A DNA stretch of 63,032 nt, counting the filler, from Piptocephalis cylindrospora (Eukaryota), in assembly GCA_003614145.1 (NCBI GenBank). It is 23 parts of 23 records of this genome, joined end to end, with 100 filler letters (N's around TTAATTAATTAA, not from the genome) between each part and the next. Parts side by side here need not be neighbours in the genome. Positions count along the whole stretch, not along the records: positions 24,929 to 27,596 come from KZ988893.1; positions 27,697 to 30,353 come from KZ988894.1; positions 30,454 to 33,107 come from KZ988895.1; positions 33,208 to 35,746 come from KZ988896.1; positions 35,847 to 38,492 come from KZ988897.1; 18 more parts are not named here. One strand, written 5' to 3'. The translations under genes were made by a program, and so were the position numbers. The notes under the pieces were generated by a model that was not told the DNA's origin, made no database searches, and saw only the letters and a list, made by a program, of their open reading frames with translations. Of the stretch, positions 25,520 to 36,899 are shown in pieces. Positions within the stretch are counted from its first letter, which is position 1; every line of letters starts with the position of its first letter.

Positions 25520-25850
25520 CTGTCCCACGCCCTTGGCCCATCTTCCTGGGCGCTACGCGCCCAGCTTTACATATCGCCATTATCCGTTACGTGGCCCGTC
25601 GTCGCATCAATGCCTATTGAAGCGGCCCCTCGGACCCATCCCCTACATAGACTCCTTCCATGCGTGGCTACACTGGCACCGTCCAGCTATGTTGGCTTAC
25701 TCAGCCCTAATCGCCACACACCTAGGCCTACAGAGCGATCTCATCGCCACCATCCAGCTACACAACAATGTCATTGTGCATTTCGTCAATATGTATGTTG
25801 TATTTCTGCCTCTTGGGTGATTCCCCATAAGATAATAAATTTTTCAGCAC
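25520..25850 (+). mobile_element. Degenerate 3' end of a non-LTR retrotransposon, related to family B
   Basis: ORF remnant ending near 25820, then CTTGGGTGATTCCCCATAAGATAATAAATTTTT, matching the 3' termini of the elements at 43422 and 50388. Confidence 0.6.
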
Positions 25851-25947
25851 AAAAAATATGTATGTTATATTCAGAACCTTAAGAAGAGCAATCTGAGGCA
25901 CAGAGACATACTGACGCACGAAAATGGAAGAAAAGAGCAAGGATGAG

Positions 25948-26032
25948 GCCGGCCGAATGAGGCGGGTTTATGTGTTCGGATGCTTTTAGCACCTACCCCA
26001 CTAGGGAAAATAAAATGGTTTTCTACAACAAG
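25948..26032 (+). mobile_element. Short retroposed element, family A copy 1 (about 85 nt)
   Basis: GCCGGCCGAATGAGGCGGGTTTATGTGTTCGGATGC...CCCCACTAGGGAAAATAAAATGGTTTT with a CAA tail. TSD AAGAGCA(A/G)GGATGAG at 25933-25947 and 26033-26047. Confidence 0.8.
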
Positions 26033-26279
26033 AAGAGCAGGGATGAGAGAGAGGAGAGAGGACGAGCAACCCCCACGTTTTGGGGAGGAGGGTAGGATTG
26101 TATAAATGAAGTCAAGCTATGAGTAGAGGCTGGCAAATGTATAGCAGCTAGCTATCCTAACCTAACCTAACCGATAGAACGAAAATGATGAGAGAAGTGG
26201 TGTGTGGGGCAACGATCTGCCTGATTATCCATTACGGAAAGCAATACAAAAACCTCACACCTTGACAAAATGCCCACCC

Positions 26280-27130
26280 TATGCATCAAGTTAGATTCAG
26301 GTTGAACTCAAATATATCCTGGCCGCCCACTGATTCATTCATGCCCAGCGCGTTCGAGATCAAGACTCTGGATTTGCACATACGCGTCGTTCCGGCTTGT
26401 CAGGCCTCTAAAGGACAGGGTACGTCACATCTTGATGAAGTTGGATATATGGACCGGAAGGCAAGTAGACCGTGTATAGGCAATGTGAATGGCCAATGAT
26501 ACGCATGTCTATGGATGATGGTCCTCGTATAGGTCAAGAAGGCGTCGAGCCCTTGAAGGTGCAACGTTATCAGATCAACAGCGGTAAGAGAGGGTCTTAA
26601 AAGCACTGTAGCACCTTCTAGAGGGTGGTTACCGCCGGGCAGTCAGTAGGTTGAGTAGGGGTAGTTCGGGCAGAAGAGTGAAACTCCCATGACTCGATGC
26701 AGCCTCATCAGTTCAGATGGACTCGTAGAATGGAAAGGGTGAACGGAGAAATGTGACGGTTATAGCTCCTGTTGAACCGACATTAAGCCGATTTCCCGCT
26801 AGTGTGTGGGTGGCTCAGGTTGAAAATACCTCACAGGCGTGGCTAGCTGATCTGATAGAGCGATAACTCACCTCCAAGCCCACGAGAGTTGGCTTGGAGC
26901 ATTGGCTCGGCTTATCAGATCTCTTTCTGAAGGGTGCCCGCAAGCGCAAAACACAGTATTTTGAATGAGCATTCACAGTGAAGAGCAACGATGAATCGCC
27001 TATCCGCCCCTCTCCATTGTACTAGAATAGGGGGGAAACGCTGATAGGGATCATCCGTCCTGGGAGAAGGGGGTGCTATCCCTCCCGTTCGTGCCTGCTG
27101 TACACCGCGGTTCAAGCCGGGTTTTCCCAT
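26280..27130 (-). pseudogene. Possible degenerate LINE ORF2 C-terminal remnant
   Basis: Minus-strand fragment TLPIHGLLAFRSIYPTSSRCDVPC resembles the LP..Y...C..C region before LINE zinc knuckles. Stops and frameshifts are present. Confidence 0.3.
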
Positions 27131-27349
27131 TCCTTAGCCACTTCTGGGAGAGGCGGCGTGAAGGAGAAGCATTGGACACCTTCCTTCCGTGAGCCCATCC
27201 TCCATGGCCAAATGTCTATAAAATTACTTGCCATTCCCTCCTGGAAATGACCTTTCCCTCCTCCCCTCCACCACCCCATTCCATGCTATTTCTCCCGCTC
27301 TACCACTGCTACATCCTTTTACAACCTAGGCAAGCAAATCATCATTATC

Positions 27350-27596
27350 ATGCCCGAGAAGAAAAAAATGGTCGTGATCGGTGGTTCCTTTGCTGGAAGA
27401 AGCGTGCTCAATAAGCTTGTCCCGGGCCTCAAGGGGAAGGCTGAAGTAACGTTGGTGGATGAGAGGGATGGGACTTGTTTCTTCATAGCCACTCCCAGGG
27501 CCTTTGTAGAACCCGAAATGACGGAGAGGCTGATGGCCTCCTTTACCTCCTTCCTCCCTAAGGATGTAAAGTTCCATCGGGGAAGGGTGACTTCCA
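27350..27596 (+). CDS. AIF/AMID-like FAD/NAD oxidoreductase, 5' part
   Basis: MVVIGGSFAG Rossmann motif, VTLVDERD and ATPRAFV. Confidence 0.8.
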
Positions 27597-27696
27597 NNNN
27601 NNNNNNNNNNNNNNNNNNNNNNNNNNNNNNNNNNNNNNNNTTAATTAATTAANNNNNNNNNNNNNNNNNNNNNNNNNNNNNNNNNNNNNNNNNNNN

Positions 27697-30353
27697 TGGT
27701 ATCAGTCTCTATGGGCGAATGGGAGGAAAGGTCCCAGAATGAAGAGGAGCCCAATGTACAAGCCTCCCGGAAGGATAGACCTCCAGCAAAGCCGTCCTCA
27801 CTTTTCTCTGGAACATCCAATCGGCAACCTCCGCCCTCATCTTCAGGAGATTCACCCAGCCAGACAGGATCAACCTACCTACATCCCCAGCGACCAAGGC
27901 CCTTCTCCGCCCTTCCTTCTCCCAATCAACATCAGCTAGCCTCAGCTTTTACTTCCTCTTTCACCCCAGTGTCTCCAGTATCTGCGCCTGAGCGTGTCAA
28001 CCTCGTACGCTTCACTCTCTACGAATCCAAGACGGTGCGTGTGTGTTGGCGTGCTCCCCTTCTCTTGCTCCAACTAACCGATAGTTCAACCCAATCCACT
28101 ATCCTCATTACCCCATTCAATTGTCTTAAAAATAGAGATTCTACATTGTAGGTGAGGATGAAGGGGCCAATCGCTTCCGTATCCTCAAAGTCGACCGAAC
28201 CACTGCCCGGGCACCCGAACTCTCCGTCACCGAAGATGAGGCCATATATACGCGTGAAGGCAAGGATAAGCTCTTTGGCATGATCGAGATGGGAGCCAAA
28301 AGCGCTGGTGGCCTCACCAGACGCCTATCCTTCCTTGGCATTATCGGCTTTGTCTCTTTCCTCGAAACCCACTACCTCCTCGTCATCACAAAGTTCTCCC
28401 AAGTGGCTCTGATCGGCGGCCATTATATCAATCACATCGACGCCGTCAGTATGATTCCTGTTGACGTATCCTCGGCCAAGGGCGACCGTGCTGCTGAGGA
28501 GGCCCGCTATCTCGACATCTTCAAGGGTATAGACCTCACCAAGAACTTCTACTTCTCTCACACTTATGACCTGACTCAGAGTCTCCAGAAAAATGTCGAT
28601 TCCTCCTCCATGAATCCCGAAAAACCCCGGGAATGGCATGAAATGTACGCCTGGAACTTCCATCTCCTGCAGAATGGCTTTGGTCCCAACGGCGCCCGGT
28701 CCTCGGACTGGGGCATCCCCATCATCTTTGGATTTGTTGACCAGGCCAAAATCGACGTTTTTGGCCGCTTCCTCTACATCACTCTCATCGCCCGTCGATC
28801 AAGGCATTATGCTGGCGCTCGATTTCATAAGCGGGGCCTCAATGACCAGGTAGGTATATCTCCTCTGCTCACTCCTCCCGCCATCACTAAACCCCTATTT
28901 TTTCTAGGGGTATGTGGCCAACGATGTGGAAACGGAGCAGATTGTCCAGGATGCCCAATGCACAGGATTTCCTCATCCTGGGTGGTCCGGCTCCAAGGGG
29001 ACAACTCAGGCCGGCTTTTCCGCCCATGTTCAGCATCGAGGCTCCATTCCCCTTTACTGGGGCCAGGACACCTCTGGAAATTTGCCCTTCAAGCCACCTA
29101 TTTTTAGTAAGTAATTAATTTTCATGATGGCCCATCATGTATTCGATAGTAGGATGCAAAGGAGAGCTTACCTTCTATTTCTCAATCATAGTGAATTTCA
29201 ATGATCCATTCTACGAGGCAACAGCCCTGCATTTTGATGACCTTTTTAACCGGTATGGTGCCCCTTTAATTATACTTAATCTCATCAAGGTATGATTCAG
29301 ATCATTGCATGATAAGGCCAATCAGCTTACTCGATTACTTCCTGAATACGTTTATCATAGAGCAAAGATAAGAAAACAGCTAGGGAATCACTTCTCGTAC
29401 CAGAGTTTTCTCAGGCCATCGAATACCTCAATCAATTTCTCTCAGAGGAGGAAAAATTGAAGTACATCCATTTTGACATGTCCCTCGAGTCCAAGAGGTA
29501 TGCCTTTTTTACTGCACCTAGCCTATATTTCTGTCTCTTTTTCATACATCCCCCCATAAATATAAATAGGCCTGGAGGTGATGTTATTGGCAAGTTGGAT
29601 GCCATTGCCGAGGAATCCATCATGAATACCGGGTTCTTCCTCTCGGGCGATGAACCATTTGTTAATCGCCTACGTCGGGAAATGGGGTAAGAACATGGCT
29701 AGTTGCATGGAACACCTTGCTACATAGGACTTCCCTTCCCTAACCCTCCTTTTGTCCCCCTTCCTTTATATGATAGTGAAGGTCTTCCCCCTACAACGGC
29801 TAGACCTCCTCCAAAGAGGCAATCTGGTGTTGTGAGAACCAATTGCATTGATTGCATCGACCGGACCAACATGGCTCAGCTTATCATTGGAAAATGTGCC
29901 TTTGGGTGCCAGGTTAGTTGCCCCCATCCTTTGTTGATGCATCATTCAGTCACCTTACCTCGCCTCACCATCTCGTCAGCTCTATGCTATGGGAATCATT
30001 GATGAACCTGTAGTTCCATTTGATTGTGATGCCTTGAATGTTTTAACGGAGATGTACCAAGATCACGGACATACCCTGGCTATGCAGTATGGCGGTTCAA
30101 ACTTAGTTAACGATCTTAAATCATACCGAAAAATTGTCGAGTGGACCAGTCACTCCAGAGAGCTCATTCAGCTGATGAAACGGTACTGGAGGAACCAGTT
30201 CAATGACACCGAAAAGCAGGCCGCCATGAACCTCTTCCTGGGAAAATACGTTCCCCGACGGGATAGCCACTACATCCCTTTGTGGGACCTCCTATCCGAT
30301 TACTATCTCCATCGGACCCATCCAAGGCTTCAGTATTTTGCCGGTGGGGGTGG
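27697..30353 (+). CDS. FIG4: SAC-domain PI(3,5)P2 phosphatase Fig4, partial
   Basis: [58 protein letters not shown], catalytic [12 protein letters not shown] and QYGGS, over many short introns. Confidence 0.95.
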
Positions 30354-30453
30354 NNNNNNNNNNNNNNNNNNNNNNNNNNNNNNNNNNNNNNNNNNNNTTA
30401 ATTAATTAANNNNNNNNNNNNNNNNNNNNNNNNNNNNNNNNNNNNNNNNNNNN

Positions 30454-33000
30454 CCGGGATAAAGAATAAAGGAAGCACATTTCGCGGATAATTGAGTCGC
30501 CTCATCATTAAACCGAACCAGCATATGGAGATCCTCCTCTTCATCTTCAGCGGGGCCCTTGTACCCGATCATGTCCATGACTCCAAGGACACGAATACGG
30601 ATGGACGTGTCAACATCACTCAACGAGTCCAGGGCCTTAAGAGCGCTCTCCATGCAGTAGGTCGTGATTTTCAAATTGGACTCACAGCACAGGTGGTACA
30701 CTGGCCTTCCCTTCAAATATTTTTCAATTTTCTGACGAGCCAGCCGGATCCTAGAAATAATAAAAACTGATTAATTTTCTATGCGACGGAAAATCAGTAG
30801 TAGCACCATATCTTTACTTACATATAGATCCGAGATTGGCTCTTAAGATGAACCTGATGAAGAATCCAGTCCCCAAGCTGACACTTGGACGCTATTTTGG
30901 GAAAGGCCTGGTTGACCCTTTCGATAGTTACAGGGTCTCCCGTTGCAGTACTGGAACCCTCTTCCAATGAAAGAGCCAAAAACTTATCTATAAACTCATC
31001 AAGGACTTCGAGAGCGGTCGTATCAACGGAAAGGTAATTCTTTAGCACCTCCACCAAGGTATCACGCGAAATCTGACGGCCCCATCCATTGGTGCTCCAA
31101 ATCCTACGTAATCCGCGGTGACGAACATACTGGGAAAAGTTAATGAAGATACTGTCGTTCTCCTTGGGGATCATCACAGTTCCTGCCCCACCCTCTTCAT
31201 CCTCATCCGTATCAATATTTTCAATGGCTAGGCGTTGCTTGAGTAGATCACTGACCACTCGAGTATCTAGAGTAGAGCGGAAATACGACTTTTTCTGTAT
31301 GGCATCGTGAAGGAAATTACAAAGGTATAAATAAGGAGACCATCTGAGTGTACATAATGAAAAGTAGCATACCTCAAGAACCTTTAGGGTCAAGCGTCTG
31401 ACTGGATCCTTCCGCAGGAGCTCCACCGCTAAATGATACACGGGCAGCTGAGGAAAGGTGGAAGAAGAAATGGGGAACTCCGAATCCTGACATAGCATAT
31501 GCGCCATCACTGCATCTGTGGCTTCCTCCTTTCCCCAGATAGGGGTGGTGGATGCCATCCAATGGATAATTTGACCACAGGAGAACATGTCCAGGGCATG
31601 GGTAGCCATCAGAGACTTGCCAGCTCGGGTAGCATGGAGTACCTCAGGAGCACAGTAATCGAGTGTAAGGCCTCTTACAGGTTGTCCAACCCTGTACAGA
31701 GGTGGCTATGATGAGCGATATGGATGGCCGAATATCCAAATCAGAATAGTACGCACTTGCAAGCACAATCAAAATCAATGAGCTTCCATATCCCTTGCTC
31801 TTGGTGTGGGCAGGCAAACTGCATGATATTAGCTGGCTTGAGATCACAGTGCACTGAAGTAAATGGAAAAGATGAGCGATGACCGGCCAGCTAGTGTGAA
31901 TTCAAAGCCAGTTAAGGGAAGACAAAGCAGTGTATCTGACGATCCAGTCACTTACCTAATCCAGCAGCATACATGGACTCTAAACCTCCGAGAATATCCT
32001 ACAAACATGGAGATACATCGTGATAATGTAACGACGTTATTCGTGAAGTTTCATGCGATAAAGGAACCATTCGTACACTTTGTCCTTACCAAAAGAATGA
32101 GCTTGAGGTAGACCTCGGAAACAGGACGCTTTCCATGGGCCCAGTGCTGAAGGCTCGCAATTCCCAGCTCAAGGACAATAACCGACTGTGGAAACCACTC
32201 ATCCTCTTCCTCCGCCTCAAAGTAATCAATGAGGCTAATGACATTCTTCAAGGCGGTGATTGGTTAATGAAAGTACGGGATGATGAGCATGAGGTAGATA
32301 GAACTCATGGCTTCACGGAATCAAATGCCTACTCTGGATTCCGCCTCTTGAAGGGCAAGAAGGGAGGAAAGCTCACGTTGATAGCTAGACTCCTGGATAA
32401 AAAACTTGACCATGACCTTTTTACCAACACTGCTGGTGGCTGTCCTGAGGGTCGACATGCCCCCTTTGAACACTCCGTCACCCAGGGTGTACTCGTCGAT
32501 TTCAGTGCCAGCGGCTGTTGGGATGCTTAATAGTGGTATCACAATTGGAAAGAAGGGAAAGAGGACATAATTTACCTAGGTCGGCTGGTTCAATGCCTTG
32601 CGTCTCGGCAACGGTCATGGTGAGCTTGAGAAAAATTGAAAAAAGCGAGAGGGGAAGAGATAGCTGGGTAAAAAGGGGGGGAAGAGAATGGATGATGAAT
32701 AAGGTGTTTAAAGCGCAGAGACAGAAAGGGCGGAGCCTCTGTCAAGGTCGCTGTATCAGGATGGACGACTCCACCTGACCGACTGGGCGGAGTTGACGCG
32801 CCTGATCGACTTCGCAAGCAAAGCAGAGATGGCTTTGGATTCTATGAGGGCTGAATCCGATGTGGATTTGACGAACCCTAATCGCAGCAGCCATGGTCTT
32901 TGTGATAGCCTAAGTGATCCAACCAAGTGAATCAAGGATCAAACAGAAACGCGAACCAAGGGAGGAGTAAAGTTGAGAGAAAGGAATATAGGAAAGGACG
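30454..33000 (-). CDS. Multi-exon protein kinase with DFD instead of DFG and an uncharacterised C-terminal region, partial
   Basis: Spliced manually: VMVKFF, NVISLIDYF, DILGGLESMYAAGL, VHCDLKPANIM, WKLIDFD, TLDYCAPE, DMFSCG and LLRKDPVRR. Confidence 0.85.
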
Positions 33001-33424
33001 AATCCCAGGAGATATCACTTTTTCTCATTGCCTTAAAATACTTCCCCATATTCACATCAGGCCGCCGCACCCCTATAATGCTTTCTCAAGCATGTACCCC
33101 ACCATTTNNNNNNNNNNNNNNNNNNNNNNNNNNNNNNNNNNNNNNNNNNNNTTAATTAATTAANNNNNNNNNNNNNNNNNNNNNNNNNNNNNNNNNNNNN
33201 NNNNNNNTTCCACACTTCATTTCTCTTCAGTATTCAGATGGATCATGGCTTAGAAAAGCCTATATCCGAATCAGCTTTTCTAGAGGGTCAAAAACAGACT
33301 TTCACAAGACCTAATCTTGTATATCACTATTCATCTTACATTTCGAACCAATATCATATTGTGTATATTCAAAGAGGATGGAGCCGCACATACTCCACAC
33401 CAGGTACCGGACTGTGCAGGGCCC

Positions 33425-33964
33425 TTACAGGGAGAGAGAGAGAGCAGTGACGGAAAGGGCAATCAGGGCAGAGGGGCCAACGGTGGACACGGAGTTGGCC
33501 GAGGAGCTGGGGACCTTCTGGATGGGAGAGCCAGCGGCCGCGACAACAATATCACTGCACTGGTACAAGGTCTCCTCCCCGGTAACATGAGCAATGACCT
33601 GGAGAACTCCTGAATCGCCAGGATTAGCAATGCCTGTCAGGTTAATGGCCTGGGACAGGGAAGGATTGGACTGAGCGCTGTAGGGGGTGGTGATGTTGAG
33701 GGACTGGAAGGTTTGAGACGATTCTCCAGAAGCGTAGGCAAATGTCAGGGAGCCCTGGCCATCTTCGATCGACAGAGTAATATTTCCGCCGGTCAGAGGG
33801 AAGTTGTAAATACGGTCCTTGTTGGCGGTATCGTATCCACCACATGGGGCAGTGGGCTCGACCTGGGAGTTAAAGCCACGGGTCTCGGGGTTGGCAATTT
33901 TAAAATGGGCAGCAGCCGATGCCACCAGGCCACAGAAGATAGCAGTGCGAAGGGTAGTGTGCAT
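33425..33964 (-). CDS. GPI-anchored BIM1/X325-like (LPMO-like) putative copper-binding protein
   Basis: Signal peptide ending AAA, mature N-terminus HFKIANPETRGF, PCGG, FPLTGG, LYQCSD, a Ser-rich linker and a hydrophobic tail. Confidence 0.82.
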   Translation of the reverse strand: MHTTLRTAIFCGLVASAAAHFKIANPETRGFNSQVEPTAPCGGYDTANKDRIYNFPLTGGNITLSIEDGQGSLTFAYASGESSQTFQSLNITTPYSAQSNPSLSQAINLTGIANPGDSGVLQVIAHVTGEETLYQCSDIVVAAAGSPIQKVPSSSANSVSTVGPSALIALSVTALSLSL

Positions 33965-35846
33965 GTCGGGATGAATAGGTGAAGATGATTAGGGAAGGAA
34001 AAGAAGTGACTATGTGGGGAGGGGGGAGGAAGGAAAGGGGCTGTTGTGGAGGGGATACGGGAAAAAGGTGGGTGATGGTGGCGAAGCGAAAGAGAATGGG
34101 GAAAGACGGTTCTATTTATGTTCACTGACCCCTGACCCCGGCTCTCAAGGGAATGGTGATGACAAGTGTTTGTGAAAGGGATAGTGTATTGGAGGACTAG
34201 GAAGAAGCTGGGAACTGCAAAGTGAGTGACAAGAGAAGACGACCTATCCATTTTTGGTCAAGGGCCCGACTAGGGAACGAGTGGGATCGGAGTTTAGAAA
34301 CGCCTGCGAATCGGAAGGGGGCCAAAGATTGCCTCTCATGCCCTTGGGACCAATGGTCCTGAAGGGACCCAGGAGGGCCTGCCTCAGTCTAGCCGGATAA
34401 GGATAGACCGATTCCTTAGCACTAAAAGTTCGTTCTTCGCAGGGTAAAAATAGATTGGGGAAAAGGAAGCCTTGTGGGTGGTTCCCCTGACTGAAGAAGC
34501 AGTGCTTTTGTCTGAGAGAATGGACTAGTCTCCCAGCAGTCTCTCGCCTCCAAATGATGAGAAAAGAAGAAGAGTAGGGTCATGACGAGTAGAAGTAAAG
34601 CAAGGGAGAGAACAAGAGGATCTTTTTAACGGGAGCAAGCGTCACTCCTCACACATCCAATCAATGGTATCCTTACAGGCTCCAATAACTCTAGAAAGAA
34701 AAGAATGTACGGGACAATTAGGACTTTTCCAGGGTCCGATGAGCATCTTGCTTGTAACGTTGATTGAGAGGCGTGGACCAGGTTCGAACACGATGGGCCA
34801 CCTGTTGGCGGGAAGTACCTTTGACAAAAGGCTGAAGGAAGGGCTGTGAAGAGATATTTGGAGTGAGTCATAAGGAGGAGGGCGTGATGCAAGTGGCAGA
34901 CCTACTTCTAAGGTTCCAAGTTGTCGATGCTCCGTACTCGGTGGACGTGGTTCGAATACTATACAGTAGGGGAAAATTGGATGAGATGACTAGGGAAAGA
35001 GGAATAATATGTACACCACTTCCTATGGTAAACAAATACGTACATGTATCGTGATTGGAAGATTGTCGAGCTACCTGGATTTCCTCTTCTTGTCTGGATT
35101 GAATTACCTTATCCGTCTCTGCATGGGGATGGTAAGGTGAGCGAACGTACCTTTTTCTACCTCAAAGCTCCGTTATTTACCCAAGAGCGAAAGTAAAGAG
35201 ATGGGATGATGAGGCTCACGCAAGGTCCAGGAGGATTCACATCGCCTGAGCTGACGGATGGGCATTTCGGAGGAATCCACCACAGGGACGAGTGGGGGTA
35301 AGGGACGATGTGGATGAAGGGTCTTTGATGGATTGGTCGACATGTTCATGGATAGGATGAGATGGAGGGTGACGGGGGTGAAAAAAAAGTGAGATAGAGA
35401 GAGAGGAGATATAGAGGGATATAGGGGCTTTATGAGGAATAAGGGAGGGCTGTGTGGGCATAGAAAGGGATAAAGGCTAAAGGGGGAGGAAAGGGATGGC
35501 AGACAGGGACGATCCGGATGCGTTCCCCGAGGGAAGTGTTCAATATATCCCCTGAGCCCCCACCCTCTGATCCCATCTACTTGTTAGTTCCAAAAGAGAC
35601 ATGTGTGTGCGATGGGGGAATACTTGATCTAAAGTACTCGTCTAGGATGCTCAAGATACCTGGTCAGGGAGGTTTGAGAGGGAGGAGAGTGTGGAAGAAT
35701 GTATGCTGCAAGACCCATGCAACGTTGATTGCGTGAGTGGCTGAGGNNNNNNNNNNNNNNNNNNNNNNNNNNNNNNNNNNNNNNNNNNNNTTAATTAATT
35801 AANNNNNNNNNNNNNNNNNNNNNNNNNNNNNNNNNNNNNNNNNNNN

Positions 35847-36265
35847 TTGTCGATATCCCTCGCGCTTATCACATGATACGGTTCACCAGTTTTCTACGAG
35901 AGACCATCCGGAGACGCTATTCACTTAAAGATGCCCAAAGAGCTTCTAAAGATGATCCCTTCGCCATCAAGGATCTTCAGGATTGGCTAGTTGCTATGGA
36001 CGTACCTATCGTGATTCGGCACTTAGATGATGGACCACGTTTTGACAGTGCTGATATCCAAGAGACTCTCACGCGCATTGAAGAACTTCCAAAGGTTCGG
36101 CAACCAGAAGATGGTGAGAGCTCTCGTTACTCTGAAGACATTGAGTACCTCATTGGTGCTGCAAAGTCAATGGACGATATTGCGCTAACCGCTATGAGAT
36201 CTATTACTTTGGATGCGTCCAAAACTATCAAAGCATATATGGACGACAACCGCGACCGCCACTGA
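35847..36265 (+). CDS. Hypothetical protein, 3' end
   Basis: Open from the contig start to TGA at 36265 with protein-like composition. No family recognised. Confidence 0.45.
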
Positions 36266-36899
36266 GACTGTTGATCGTCCTCACCTTGCTTTATGATCTT
36301 TTTGGGTACATAGGATGATGGATCTGTGATCCGCTTTCCCTTGGTCATTCTTTCAATACATCCTCTATTTTTCCTTGGGGTTGATATCTCATGATATCGG
36401 GAGCGAGAATTAAAATGGATATCAAAAGTATAGTTACCCCATAGGACTATGCTCATCTCAATGATTTAACCACGTGAGCCATAGGGGACTAGGGGTGAAA
36501 GGTAGAAGAAAGAAACGGAAAGATGAGCATTAAAGGGTAAGAGCGCTCACTTTTTCTCATTATCCTAAATGCATTCCTACGTTCATCCTAGATCATCGCG
36601 CCTTTAGAGTAAGTCTTTCTCAAGTATACATCCCGTCATTAGACCGCTTTAGGCTCGGAGTCTATATTGTAAATGTCTTCTAAACTATTTGATACTTCCT
36701 TACGAGAATACACATCACACATCGCACATACAAACATCATATGCTCCGGAAGGCTGCTCTCCTAATGTCCGGGTATTAATTACCTGAAAATGACAATACC
36801 ATCATGACTAAACCTTTCATGAGGCGACGTAAACTAAACTATGATTGATATGAGAGGTGGCTTTAGATTATCCATATCTCAGGCATTTCATTTGCAACT

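Noticed and set aside
25947..26021. HDV-like, hammerhead or U4atac identity for family A (it starts GGCCGGC)
   Set aside because: The nested double pseudoknot, the CUGAUGA/GAAA core and snRNA features could not be built on either strand.
26156..26172. (CCTAA)3 telomere-like repeat
   Set aside because: Only three units, internal to a contig.
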